Shown here: positions 1-9,324 of the stretch, piece after piece
How positions within the stretch are numbered: position 1 is the first letter of the stretch
How the letters are laid out: every line of letters starts with the position of its first letter
Origin: Gammaproteobacteria bacterium
GTDB lineage: Bacteria > Pseudomonadota > Gammaproteobacteria > Eutrophobiales > Eutrophobiaceae
Reading direction: 5' to 3'
NCBI GenBank assembly: GCA_015661095.1
Contig: JACVQI010000001.1
Location: 41 to 64,040 of the forward strand
DNA: 64,000 bases
Translations under genes and position numbers: made by a program
The notes under the pieces: model-generated
The model's input: the letters and a program-made list of their open reading frames with translations, nothing else
What the model was told of the DNA's origin: nothing
Database searches by the model: none

Positions 1-230
1 ATAATCAGGATAATTTCGAACATGTATTTTCAGAATATTTTAATACTCTTGGTAAAAAACAGATACCTGGAACGGAAAGAATAGTGTATCTCATGCAAAC
101 ACCTCGGGCCTGAGTAAAAACCGTATCAACAATTCATGCTGTAACTTATGTGGATAATATCTCCTCGAACTCCTCCTTATACCAAAGCTGTGTACGAGAC
201 CCACACGATTGCTGAATTTCCGCAAAGTTA

Positions 231-932
231 TCAAAAGTCCGGAATATCGTTCTTTTTCCACAGTCCCAAACACTTATCCCGATAGCCGTCCATTGGACAT
301 TCTTCATCAATCAACCTGATAGGTTCTGGAAAATTAAATGGCGGGATCTGCAGATTTATCGGTCGCCATGCACCTGTCGGAATTTCTTCATTGCTTTCTC
401 TCCCGGTAAATGTTGTTGTAAGCAGATATTCGCAGCGCGAGGACTTTATATTCCTGAGAGCACGTTGAATATGCTGGTATGAAAAGTGAACAAGGCAATC
501 TCTGCAAAAGACTAAATCGACCTTGGGTAACTCATCCTGTAGAAGATCCAGATAAATAAATCTGCGGCTTGCGCTCCCGTACTTCATTTGATTGTCACTA
601 ATCAGTTCGTCCACAATATCGCCACCGATATATTCCACATCCATCTTCACTAACTTCATCCAGTAAAAATCCCCGCAAGGAATGTCAAGCAGCGATTTGA
701 TATTTAATTCCTCGAGCAGTTGCGGCAAAACTCCGCGCACAGCGGCTGTCTGTACAAAATTTGAACCAGGACCGGAAGGTGTATCCATACCCCCCCATTT
801 GTTCTTACGGAATATCTCACTGAATATCAGCTTGGGAGGCTTATCTTTCAATGAGAAATACTTTACCTGTTTCCAGAGCGGAATAAGAAAAGGTAACCGG
901 GATGCTAAAAAGGTCTTGAGTCGATCAGACAT
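231..932 (-). CDS. Class I SAM-dependent methyltransferase
   Basis: 233 aa ORF with a Rossmann-like methyltransferase motif (LLDIPCGDFYW). It is co-oriented with the downstream GT4 genes in the glycan cluster. Confidence 0.6.
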   Translation of the reverse strand: MSDRLKTFLASRLPFLIPLWKQVKYFSLKDKPPKLIFSEIFRKNKWGGMDTPSGPGSNFVQTAAVRGVLPQLLEELNIKSLLDIPCGDFYWMKLVKMDVEYIGGDIVDELISDNQMKYGSASRRFIYLDLLQDELPKVDLVFCRDCLVHFSYQHIQRALRNIKSSRCEYLLTTTFTGRESNEEIPTGAWRPINLQIPPFNFPEPIRLIDEECPMDGYRDKCLGLWKKNDIPDF

Positions 933-976
933 ATCGGCTTTCAGTCAGTGGGTTTGAACCGGGCTAACTATCAGCC

Positions 977-1963
977 TCATGAAAGAACTTCTTCAAACAG
1001 TAATTTATACTCGCGCGTCATCCTGTCCAGAGTAAATTTCTGTTCTGCTTTTTGTCTGTTGTATGCGCCCATTTCCCGCCTCAGGCTGTGCGATCGCGCA
1101 AGCAGATTGATCTTCTCCGCGAACATATCAACGTTGCCAATCTCACATAAAAAACCTCCCTTGTTATCATCTATCAACTCCGGCATTGCGGAACAATTTG
1201 TGGCGATTACAGGCAATCCGCAAGCCATCGCCTCGGCAACGGCCAAACCAAATCCTTCTCTCACGGTCGGGAACAAGAGCATATCCACTTCATTGTAGAG
1301 CGATGGCATCGCCTCATGTTTCACTCTTCTTGAAAATACCGTCCGTGTATTCATTCCTTGCCGCTTACCTGACTTCAATCCGGAGGTATGAATTAATGTT
1401 ATATTTTTATACAATCTGTCAAGTATCGGCTGAATTAAATCCGCGCCCTTGCGTCTGCTTCCACCTCCACAATACAGTACTTTAATTTCTTTTTTCTCAT
1501 CCTCAGTCGTTTTATCGGGAGAAAATTTATTTATATCGATACCATTATAAATAACCCTGATTTCACCTTTGTAACCTAACTCTTCCCTGACCAGATGCGC
1601 CAGATACTGACTGACACAGGTAACCACACGTGATTTATCAAGTGCGGCCAGAGTAAACCATCGCAAGTCTGTGCAGTAATGAATTCTATGCAATAAAGTG
1701 ACATATTTTTGCATATATTGGTCCAGAACAAATCCATGGAACGTCGATATCAAAGGCTTCCTGCCCAATCTGGAAAAGATTGCATAATCGACCGGCGCAT
1801 GAATAATATCCGCTGACTTGTCATTAAAACAGCTGATAACGGGCGGGACTAATGCCCAATACGGATTGTAAGGAATGACTTTATAGTCCTTAATTCCCAG
1901 TTCCAGGGACTTGTGCGCGATAAATGCACCGCTCCCTGTGGGCACGGGACTGATGACTTTCAT
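977..1963 (-). CDS. Glycosyltransferase family 4 (GT4, GT-B fold)
   Basis: 328 aa ORF with a C-terminal EGFGLAVAEAMACGLPVIAT motif typical of GT1/GT4 enzymes. Its start overlaps the stop of the upstream ORF by 4 nt, suggesting translational coupling. Confidence 0.75.
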   Translation of the reverse strand: MKVISPVPTGSGAFIAHKSLELGIKDYKVIPYNPYWALVPPVISCFNDKSADIIHAPVDYAIFSRLGRKPLISTFHGFVLDQYMQKYVTLLHRIHYCTDLRWFTLAALDKSRVVTCVSQYLAHLVREELGYKGEIRVIYNGIDINKFSPDKTTEDEKKEIKVLYCGGGSRRKGADLIQPILDRLYKNITLIHTSGLKSGKRQGMNTRTVFSRRVKHEAMPSLYNEVDMLLFPTVREGFGLAVAEAMACGLPVIATNCSAMPELIDDNKGGFLCEIGNVDMFAEKINLLARSHSLRREMGAYNRQKAEQKFTLDRMTREYKLLFEEVLS

Positions 1964-3213
1964 ACCTTACGACCACAAAGGTCATTAAAAATAGCTGCCA
2001 GATTTAATGCCAGATGCTTCCGATTGTAATAAATATCGAATTCGTTCTTTGCTATGGCATATACCGGCAATAAGTTGTTTTTCCAGTCCCGGATCATTTC
2101 CCGCAGCAGTTCAGCAATTTTTTCGGGTCGGTATTCATTTGTCACTCTGTAGAAGGCGCAGTAATTTTCAATCACTTTTGCATTATCACCGTCCGGACAT
2201 ACGGCCAGTACTGGTTTACCTGCTCGTAAATATTCGTATGTTTTACCGGCAACGGGTGTGATTCTGGACGGACTGTTTTCCTGGTATAACAATAAAACAT
2301 CAAAACCACCCATCATGTTAACAAGTTCATCATGTGGTATCTGGTTTTTGATATCAGCCACAGCTGCCAGGCCATATTTTTCCACCAGCGCGGGCAGCGC
2401 CGGTGAACTGTCGCCGATAAATGTAAATTTTATCGGCGCCTTTTCATCGTTAAGAATTGCCAGCGCCTGCATGATTATTTCCGGATTCCTATCTCCCACT
2501 CCAAACCTGCCGGCATAAAGGACATTTAAAACATCCTTCGATCCTGTTGGTTTATATGCGCCAAAATCTTCCTCATCAAAACCGTTTGGTATCACACACA
2601 TCTTGTCCGCGCTATCTGGATATTTTATCTGATAGGCCTGTAGTGCGGATTCCGAGTTAAAAATCAGGCTGTCAGATCTTCTGATCACCATTTTTTCCAA
2701 AAACGGGAATATCCATTTATAGACGGCTCTCTTTATCAGCCTGCTGCCTTCAATATAGGGATCCTGTGCCCAGACATCCCTGAAATCTACAACCAGAGGA
2801 ATTTTATATCGAAGTTTTAACAACAGTGCTGTCAGTGTTTGCGGATAAGGTGGGCATGACACATATACGATATCGTGCCGGATATTATTCAACATTCGCT
2901 TTGCTGCAAAATACAGCATTATTGCCCAGCCATAGGGTACCACATGATATGGTCTCATCCATGGTGTGAGCGACCTGATCCGGCAAACATCCGGAAAGTT
3001 CTCCGGCCGGTTTCGATGAACTGTTTCCTGTAGCGTCAGTACAGACAGGCGCCAGTCGCAACCTGGCAGGTATTTGGCAAATTTCTCCGATCGGATGCTA
3101 CCCCCTACGCTCGTGCATGGAGGAAAATCATAGGCAATAAATAATACTCTACCTGAGGACCTGGCCATATGAAGGTGAATAATGGACACGGCATGGATAT
3201 AGATTAATGTCAT
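1960..3213 (-). CDS. Glycosyltransferase family 4
   Basis: 417 aa ORF. The segment MARSSGRVLFIAYDFPPCTSVGG is a typical GT4 N-terminus. An AAGGA ribosome-binding site sits 7 nt before the ATG at 3213. An alternative start at Met16 (coordinate 3168) would remove the 65 nt overlap with the upstream gene. Confidence 0.75.
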   Translation of the reverse strand: MTLIYIHAVSIIHLHMARSSGRVLFIAYDFPPCTSVGGSIRSEKFAKYLPGCDWRLSVLTLQETVHRNRPENFPDVCRIRSLTPWMRPYHVVPYGWAIMLYFAAKRMLNNIRHDIVYVSCPPYPQTLTALLLKLRYKIPLVVDFRDVWAQDPYIEGSRLIKRAVYKWIFPFLEKMVIRRSDSLIFNSESALQAYQIKYPDSADKMCVIPNGFDEEDFGAYKPTGSKDVLNVLYAGRFGVGDRNPEIIMQALAILNDEKAPIKFTFIGDSSPALPALVEKYGLAAVADIKNQIPHDELVNMMGGFDVLLLYQENSPSRITPVAGKTYEYLRAGKPVLAVCPDGDNAKVIENYCAFYRVTNEYRPEKIAELLREMIRDWKNNLLPVYAIAKNEFDIYYNRKHLALNLAAIFNDLCGRKV

Positions 3214-5353
3214 AGATATCCTTCAGTGCCATATCTCCGTCAATATAATCGGTTATTGTTATTTCTTTTTCCGTCAGTGCAATAATTCTGTATACGGACG
3301 GACCATAACCCCGGTGCGTACCGATAAAACCCTGCTCACCGAAATACAGTACTCTCGGATCAGCATTATTCGATAACCGAAATAACCCAAGTTCCAGTGA
3401 TTCAGGTTCGATGTCATGCAGCTGCGGCGCAAAATGCGCTGCTACTGAACGATAACGGTTTCTGGCTTCCGGCACTGGTGTATACAGGTAAGTACCCGGA
3501 TCAACAATCACGTCCTCTCCGTCGATCGATAACTCAATCGCAAGCTGATCATTATGATCGTGTCCGCCATTACCGTCCTGTCCATGTTGGCCGCATTTAA
3601 TTAATAAATATAAATGCTCATTGCGGAACACATAAAAGCCGCCATGTGTAAATCCGTACAGCCCGAGATAATTTCCAATGGATTTATTCAATGGTATCCG
3701 CAACGCCATTTTTTGTGGTGATGATATGCCCTCCATTCGATGCATGTGTTCCTGCCATATGCTTTCCGTCCCGATACGCGTAGCAGCCGGCCTGAATTCA
3801 GGAATGATGTCCTGCAGGCTTAACTTCGCACCACCGGCAAGAGTACTGCTCAATATAAAATCCAGATGATTCCCATACATAACACCTGGTAACCCATCCG
3901 CAACAATTCCACTTGCCGCAGCCAGGATATGTTCATGCTTTTGAAATAATTCGTCCCAATAGTCATCTTCTTCAGATAGAACCTGGTAGTTCTGCAGATT
4001 CCGGTACTTTGCTTTGGCTTCATTTGCCGTTGTCCTTCGATATTCCGGTTGAAATTTGAAAAACCTGCCACTGTCGTTATCCCCAACCTGCGGTACCTGA
4101 CCATCATCCTTGGTAATACATCTGACGAATTCGGACATGCCATGCATACGGTAAAGATAGGTATCGGGAAATGGAAGTTTACCGCTGCCACCTGCAAAGC
4201 CGTATTTCTTAACCTGTCGAACCGGAAATTGCCCATATCGATTATTAAGTAATGGGTAATAATCCGTTATATCCAGCCGGCCGTCATTATCAAGACGCAA
4301 CACCAGGGCAGTTGCATAAATTACCATCTCAGCGGACAGCCGATGATAACTTGTCGAAGCCTCAAAGTTCGATCCGTCTTCATGAAACTGCCTGTGAACC
4401 TCATTAATTAACTCATTGACTGAAAACAGTAACCAGGTATCAGTCTCTTTACTGCGTGGTAAATATGCGGCCACAAATAACAATCCGGCGATATCCGCCA
4501 GATAATGATTAGCCCTTACATATGGATTCCATTCCAGGTTATTACTGATATGCCGGCCGTGTTCATAGACACTCCGTTCAAATATTGCCATGAATTCCTT
4601 TTCAAATACATAACCGTTGGCCGCCAGCAAATCATAAGCAACCAGCATATTCGCTATCCTGATTGCCACATCCATGGTACAGGACCAATTCACGCCCCAT
4701 TGCGGCGGATTGTTGGCAATAAAATCCAGCGCCTGGTTACGGAACTCACATGCATACTCAACTTTCGATGTCAGGACATATGCGAATGCCAAAGAGGGTA
4801 AATGCTGCATTCTCGCCAGTTCCCAGGGGACTTTGACATCCACACCGGCAAGATGACCATATTTCACATCCGTGTACCAGGTTTTCTCCGACCACCGGTA
4901 ACCGGATTTTATATCCCTCTGCCAGTCTATCGGGATGTGATTTTCGTCTACGTTTTTCCAGATATTCAGTGACTCCCTTGCATTGGCCCGGTTGATCCGT
5001 TTCTTGATAAATCCGGCGCTGGATGTCACATCAATATCGAAACCGCCAAGATAAATATGTCCCTCCAGGCCAGGACACAGCATACCGAATTCATTTTTCA
5101 GCCAGCCCGATCCGAGAATATTGAAATAATGGCGGATATGCAGCCGGGCAATTGCCATGATGCTTTCCGATTGATAACTAAAAAGATGTGGATCCAGTGG
5201 CGAGAAAAAGACCGATAATCCTCGGGGTATATACTTATCGATGTAATAGCTGCAGCGCAGAAAGAGTCTCAGTTTCAGTACAGTGACCTGGACGATCCTG
5301 TTCATTTTATGAACGATTAGCCTGATCATTTTTCTGAGAGGGTTTGACGGCAT
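3149..5353 (-). CDS. Heparinase II/III-like protein (alginate-lyase-like N-terminal domain plus Hepar_II_III C-terminal domain), cytoplasmic
   Basis: The long ORF runs 3149..5515 but its first codon is TTG. The first non-overlapping ATG is at 5353 (Met55), with an AGGA 11 nt upstream. Motifs seen: NWSCTMDVAIRIANML (alginate-lyase-like toroid) and GNGGHDHNDQLAIELSIDGEDVIVDPGTY (Hepar_II_III). There is no signal peptide. Confidence 0.7.
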   Translation of the reverse strand: MPSNPLRKMIRLIVHKMNRIVQVTVLKLRLFLRCSYYIDKYIPRGLSVFFSPLDPHLFSYQSESIMAIARLHIRHYFNILGSGWLKNEFGMLCPGLEGHIYLGGFDIDVTSSAGFIKKRINRANARESLNIWKNVDENHIPIDWQRDIKSGYRWSEKTWYTDVKYGHLAGVDVKVPWELARMQHLPSLAFAYVLTSKVEYACEFRNQALDFIANNPPQWGVNWSCTMDVAIRIANMLVAYDLLAANGYVFEKEFMAIFERSVYEHGRHISNNLEWNPYVRANHYLADIAGLLFVAAYLPRSKETDTWLLFSVNELINEVHRQFHEDGSNFEASTSYHRLSAEMVIYATALVLRLDNDGRLDITDYYPLLNNRYGQFPVRQVKKYGFAGGSGKLPFPDTYLYRMHGMSEFVRCITKDDGQVPQVGDNDSGRFFKFQPEYRRTTANEAKAKYRNLQNYQVLSEEDDYWDELFQKHEHILAAASGIVADGLPGVMYGNHLDFILSSTLAGGAKLSLQDIIPEFRPAATRIGTESIWQEHMHRMEGISSPQKMALRIPLNKSIGNYLGLYGFTHGGFYVFRNEHLYLLIKCGQHGQDGNGGHDHNDQLAIELSIDGEDVIVDPGTYLYTPVPEARNRYRSVAAHFAPQLHDIEPESLELGLFRLSNNADPRVLYFGEQGFIGTHRGYGPSVYRIIALTEKEITITDYIDGDMALKDIYDINLYPCRVHYSPSYGQVLR

Positions 5354-5366
5354 ACCAGTCACAATC

Positions 5367-6974
5367 CTAACGACTGTTTCCAGTAACTTCCCTGATTTTT
5401 TCAATAATCCTGCCGGTGTGGTGTTTCCATGTATATTTCGCCAAAACTTCAGCTCTGGCAGCCTTTCCCAGTCGAACGGATAATGCCGGGTCATCAAGCA
5501 GAGTTTTGATACCAAGCATCAGACTTTCCGGATCACCGGGTTTAACCAGCCAGGCTGTATGATTATGTGAGAGAACTTCAGCAATCTGATCCAGTTCCGA
5601 TGCAACAACCCCTTTTCCCATCGCCATATATTCAAACAGTTTTGTCGGGGAACCGAAGAATGGGGTTCCGTCCGGATTGGGGACATGCGGTGATACCAGC
5701 ACATCACAAGCCGCCAGATGTGATGGCCCTTCGGCCTGCGGTACCAGTCCCGTTAACAGGCATATATCCTCAATGCCATTCTCAGCGATTATTTTTCTGA
5801 CCAGTGGGACCATGTCTCCGTCCCCCACAAGCATAAGCCTGATCCTGTTTCTGAATTCAGGATAATTACGCACCAGGGCTGCCATGGCTTCAGTCAGGCG
5901 TTCCGCACCATGCCATTTCCCGAAGGTACCGATAAAGCCAACTACCTGTTTACCATGCAAGCCGTACTTTTCCCTGACAGGTTCCCCGCTGATTTCAGGC
6001 GAGTAGCTTTCAGGATTAACGCCATTGGGGTTAACGAGTATCTTTGCTTCATCCACGCCGGCGGAGGTTAATTGGAGCAATAGTGGTTTGCTGACGACAA
6101 CGATGACATCCGCGGCTTCTGTGTTATATCGTTCGATCCGGATAGCCAGGTCTTCGTACTTGAGTATTTGCCCCCAATTTCTCGCTATCCATACCTCCGA
6201 CCCATTATATTCCAGTACGAAAGGCAGTTTGTATCTGGCCGCCAACCTGGCGCCGGTAAAATTGTACAGGGAGTAGCGCTGATAAATAAAAGACAACGCA
6301 GTTTCATGATCGAGTATTTTACAGGCCTGGGCAAAACACTTTTCGTTGAAATTAAGTTCCGGCAGTTCCTGAAATCCCCAGTATCTGTTTTCGGGGTTTA
6401 TGATATGCAATGATATATCATCACGTACTGTCGGAATTCTGTCGGTACTGAGAAACAAAGGCGGGGCGCAAAAATTATCCAGATTGTTCAATACCCCCGC
6501 AATATGTCCTACTGAACCGCCGCACTGTAACCCGGGGACCAGATCGGACCGCAGATAAACCGGTGACAGACCCAGATCAACAGATGCCGGTCTGGACTTA
6601 ACCGGCATTCTTGCAAGTTCGCTGACCAGTTTATTTATTCGGTTCAGTAACGATGAATATGCCAGCAGGTCGTACAACTCTCTGCATGCTTTCTTACACA
6701 ACAACCATAAAGTTATTTTTTCACTACGCCCGTAACGGTCCTTCAGTATCGCCTCGCCACTGCTTAACAACCATAACGCCGCCGCGAGAACAAACTGGGA
6801 TTTTTGCGTTGTCAGATTACTTGAATAATATTCGGTGTATTCATAGCTGAATAACTTTTTTATAAACACCCCGGACTTTATCCATTCAGCCACTTCATTC
6901 GATCGGCGGAATTCAAGATCATTATGCCTTTCATATTCCGGCACGATGTACTTGTAAACAATAAGTCTCGCCAC
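5367..6974 (-). CDS. Glycosyltransferase family 4 with an N-terminal extension
   Basis: 535 aa ORF. The C-terminal half has a GT4-like core (GFIGTFGKWHG...LVGDG...EYMAMGKGVVASE). Confidence 0.7.
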   Translation of the reverse strand: MARLIVYKYIVPEYERHNDLEFRRSNEVAEWIKSGVFIKKLFSYEYTEYYSSNLTTQKSQFVLAAALWLLSSGEAILKDRYGRSEKITLWLLCKKACRELYDLLAYSSLLNRINKLVSELARMPVKSRPASVDLGLSPVYLRSDLVPGLQCGGSVGHIAGVLNNLDNFCAPPLFLSTDRIPTVRDDISLHIINPENRYWGFQELPELNFNEKCFAQACKILDHETALSFIYQRYSLYNFTGARLAARYKLPFVLEYNGSEVWIARNWGQILKYEDLAIRIERYNTEAADVIVVVSKPLLLQLTSAGVDEAKILVNPNGVNPESYSPEISGEPVREKYGLHGKQVVGFIGTFGKWHGAERLTEAMAALVRNYPEFRNRIRLMLVGDGDMVPLVRKIIAENGIEDICLLTGLVPQAEGPSHLAACDVLVSPHVPNPDGTPFFGSPTKLFEYMAMGKGVVASELDQIAEVLSHNHTAWLVKPGDPESLMLGIKTLLDDPALSVRLGKAARAEVLAKYTWKHHTGRIIEKIREVTGNSR

Positions 6975-7010
6975 TGTCCGCTCAGTAATCTGTATTGACG
7001 AAAGATTAAA

Positions 7011-8120
7011 CTACACCAGTTTTCCGATTATATCGACGATTCTCTCGGCGGCACGACCATCCCACAATTCCGGGATTCTGCCTCTTATATCGTTACCTTC
7101 CAGTATTTTCTCCACTGCTGAAATAATACGGCCGTAATCCGTACCCACGAGCTGGTTCGTTCCCATAGAGACGGTTATCGGACGCTCCGTATTCTCCCTG
7201 ATCGTTAGACAGGGGATGCCCAACACTGTTGTTTCCTCCTGCAGGCCGCCAGAATCCGTCAGTACGACTCTGGCGCCGGACATTACACTCAGGAAATCCA
7301 GATAACCCAGAGGTTCAAGCAAAACCAATCCCTTTAGCGATGCCAGTTTCCGATCCATACCATATTTCTGTAACTGTTTTTTTGTCCGCGGGTGCACAGG
7401 AAAAATCACAGTTAGCTGGTTTTGAATATACTCAATCGCAGCAACTATCTTCGCCAGGGTTTCCCTGTCATCGACATTGGACTGGCGATGCAATGTCACC
7501 AGGGCATAGCCCCCTTCTTTGATTTTACAGTTAATGATTTTCAGATAATTCAGTTTCACTGCCTGATCACGATGCTTTAGCAAAGTATCCACCATGACAT
7601 TACCAACAAAGAATATCTTCTCCATCGGTATTCCTTCGGCAAGCAGATTAGCATCGGCATCTTTTGATGTGGTAAACAGGTAATCGGAAATTGCATCCGT
7701 GACTATCCGGTTTATCTCCTCTGGCATTAACCTGTCCCTGCTTCGCAAGCCTGCTTCCACATGCGCGATAGGGATGCAAAGTTTGGCCGCGACCAGACTG
7801 CATGCCAGGGTTGAATTGACATCACCCACCACCAGAACCAGATCAGGCATGTCCCTGTCGCAAAGTTTCTCAAATTCGATCATCACTCCGGCCGTCTGAA
7901 CAGCATGCGAGCCGGAACCAATACCCAGATTTATATCCGGTTCAGGCAATCCCAGGTTGTCAAAAAAAACCTTTGAAAGCTTTTCATCATAATGTTGGCC
8001 GGTATGTATCAAAATTGGAGTTAGCTCAGGACGCAGCTTCATCTGTTCCATTACAGGAGCAATCTTCATGAAGTTTGGTCGAGCCCCGACCACATTATAG
8101 ATTTTCAACGTTTTTTTCAT
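7011..8120 (-). CDS. wecB: UDP-N-acetylglucosamine 2-epimerase (non-hydrolysing)
   Basis: 369 aa ORF. The N-terminus KIYNVVGARPNFMKIAPV...HTGQHYDEKLS and the motif DSGGLQEE are characteristic of WecB/MnaA. Confidence 0.85.
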   Translation of the reverse strand: MKKTLKIYNVVGARPNFMKIAPVMEQMKLRPELTPILIHTGQHYDEKLSKVFFDNLGLPEPDINLGIGSGSHAVQTAGVMIEFEKLCDRDMPDLVLVVGDVNSTLACSLVAAKLCIPIAHVEAGLRSRDRLMPEEINRIVTDAISDYLFTTSKDADANLLAEGIPMEKIFFVGNVMVDTLLKHRDQAVKLNYLKIINCKIKEGGYALVTLHRQSNVDDRETLAKIVAAIEYIQNQLTVIFPVHPRTKKQLQKYGMDRKLASLKGLVLLEPLGYLDFLSVMSGARVVLTDSGGLQEETTVLGIPCLTIRENTERPITVSMGTNQLVGTDYGRIISAVEKILEGNDIRGRIPELWDGRAAERIVDIIGKLV

Positions 8121-8505
8121 GGCAAAAAAGCCGGATGGCAGTGTCGATATATTTCAGCAGTTTTTAGCGGTGGCTTGTGCCTGAGTACATCCCGTATTGG
8201 CGATGGTAGTCGCAGAAGATCGGTGCTTCATTCATAACTTCCTCGATCAGAGCGCTACAGAGAGCAACTTCATACCTTTCAGTTGCTCCACCACCGGGAT
8301 TGGTGTGATCCGCGAACAGCACCTCATTAATTTCCACAACATTGTGCAATTATTTGCTATTGTTAATCCTGGTGATTCGCCGCAGTCGTTGCTGATTAAG
8401 TCGTCAGACCTTATGCTATCAGTCGGAGAACCACCGTCGCGTTGCACATATTCATAACATTTTACGTTATCAGATAACCATTAACAGTATTCGAAAGGCA
8501 AATTC

Positions 8506-9324
8506 GTGTCTTTATTTAATATAATCAAATCATCGACATACAGGATGTCCTTATTTTTACTGAATAATTATAGGATAATTCTTGCAACTACCAGGACGGA
8601 AGTTAAAAGACGTTATGCCGGTTCAGTCTTCGGCAAGACCTGGGCTATATTGTACCCCTTGTTGTTTTTATCGATGTACCTGTTTTTATATCTGGTTGTA
8701 TTTCAGGTCAGGTTCCCGCAGTTCAGTCAACTTGAATATGTCTTATATGTGTTTTGCGGTCTTGTTCCTTATCTTGCTTTCATGGAATGTATGAATTTCA
8801 GCGGAACCTGTTTAAAACAGAATATCGAACTGGTTAAAAATGTCGTAATTCCCATTGAAATAATACCTGTCCGGACTGTCCTGATGACTGTCATCGGTGA
8901 AATGGTCGGTATTATTATTCTGGTGTTGCTTGCGGCAATCAATGGTTCATTATCATTGCACATCTTGTGGTTGCCCCTGGTTATTTTCTTTCAAGTCATT
9001 GCATTCATGGGAATAGCGTGGCTGATTTCACCAGTAGGGATCTTATTTCCTGATATTAATTACATCACAAATTTATTCGTTATCTTCCTATTGTTTATTT
9101 CACCTATCGGATATCAGGTAGACATGCTGAACGGACAATACCTCTTGGTAGTCTATGCCAACCCCATCTATTATATGCTGGAGATTTTCAGATCCAGTAT
9201 TTTGTATGGTGAATTGCCTTCACTGACGATATTTGCCGCTTATGTTGGTATTTGCCTGATATTGTTTATCACTGGATGCACCGTGTTCAGTAAATTCAAA
9301 GATATTATTATGGATTATGAATAA
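8506..9324 (+). CDS. wzm: ABC-2 type polysaccharide/O-antigen export permease
   Basis: 272 aa hydrophobic protein with about 6 transmembrane segments. It lies immediately upstream of, and overlaps by 8 nt, an ABC ATPase with a Wzt-type C-terminal domain. Confidence 0.75.
   Translation: MSLFNIIKSSTYRMSLFLLNNYRIILATTRTEVKRRYAGSVFGKTWAILYPLLFLSMYLFLYLVVFQVRFPQFSQLEYVLYVFCGLVPYLAFMECMNFSGTCLKQNIELVKNVVIPIEIIPVRTVLMTVIGEMVGIIILVLLAAINGSLSLHILWLPLVIFFQVIAFMGIAWLISPVGILFPDINYITNLFVIFLLFISPIGYQVDMLNGQYLLVVYANPIYYMLEIFRSSILYGELPSLTIFAAYVGICLILFITGCTVFSKFKDIIMDYE

Noticed and set aside
1-230. Window start: possible gene or terminator downstream of the first methyltransferase
   Set aside because: Only a 60 aa alternative-frame ORF is present and I see no clear hairpin. 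It is treated as non-coding and uncharacterised.
8162-8177. Possible ops/JUMPStart-like element (aGCGGTgGCtTGTG) in the 385 nt leader upstream of wzm
   Set aside because: Only about 8 of 12 positions match GGCGGTAGCGTG, and an insertion is required. The match is too weak to call without a RfaH or transcription start-site context.
8164-8457. Three small overlapping ORFs (61-86 aa) in the wecB/wzm divergent intergenic region
   Set aside because: They overlap one another on both strands, have no ribosome-binding sites and show no motif. The region is more probably divergent promoter and leader sequence.
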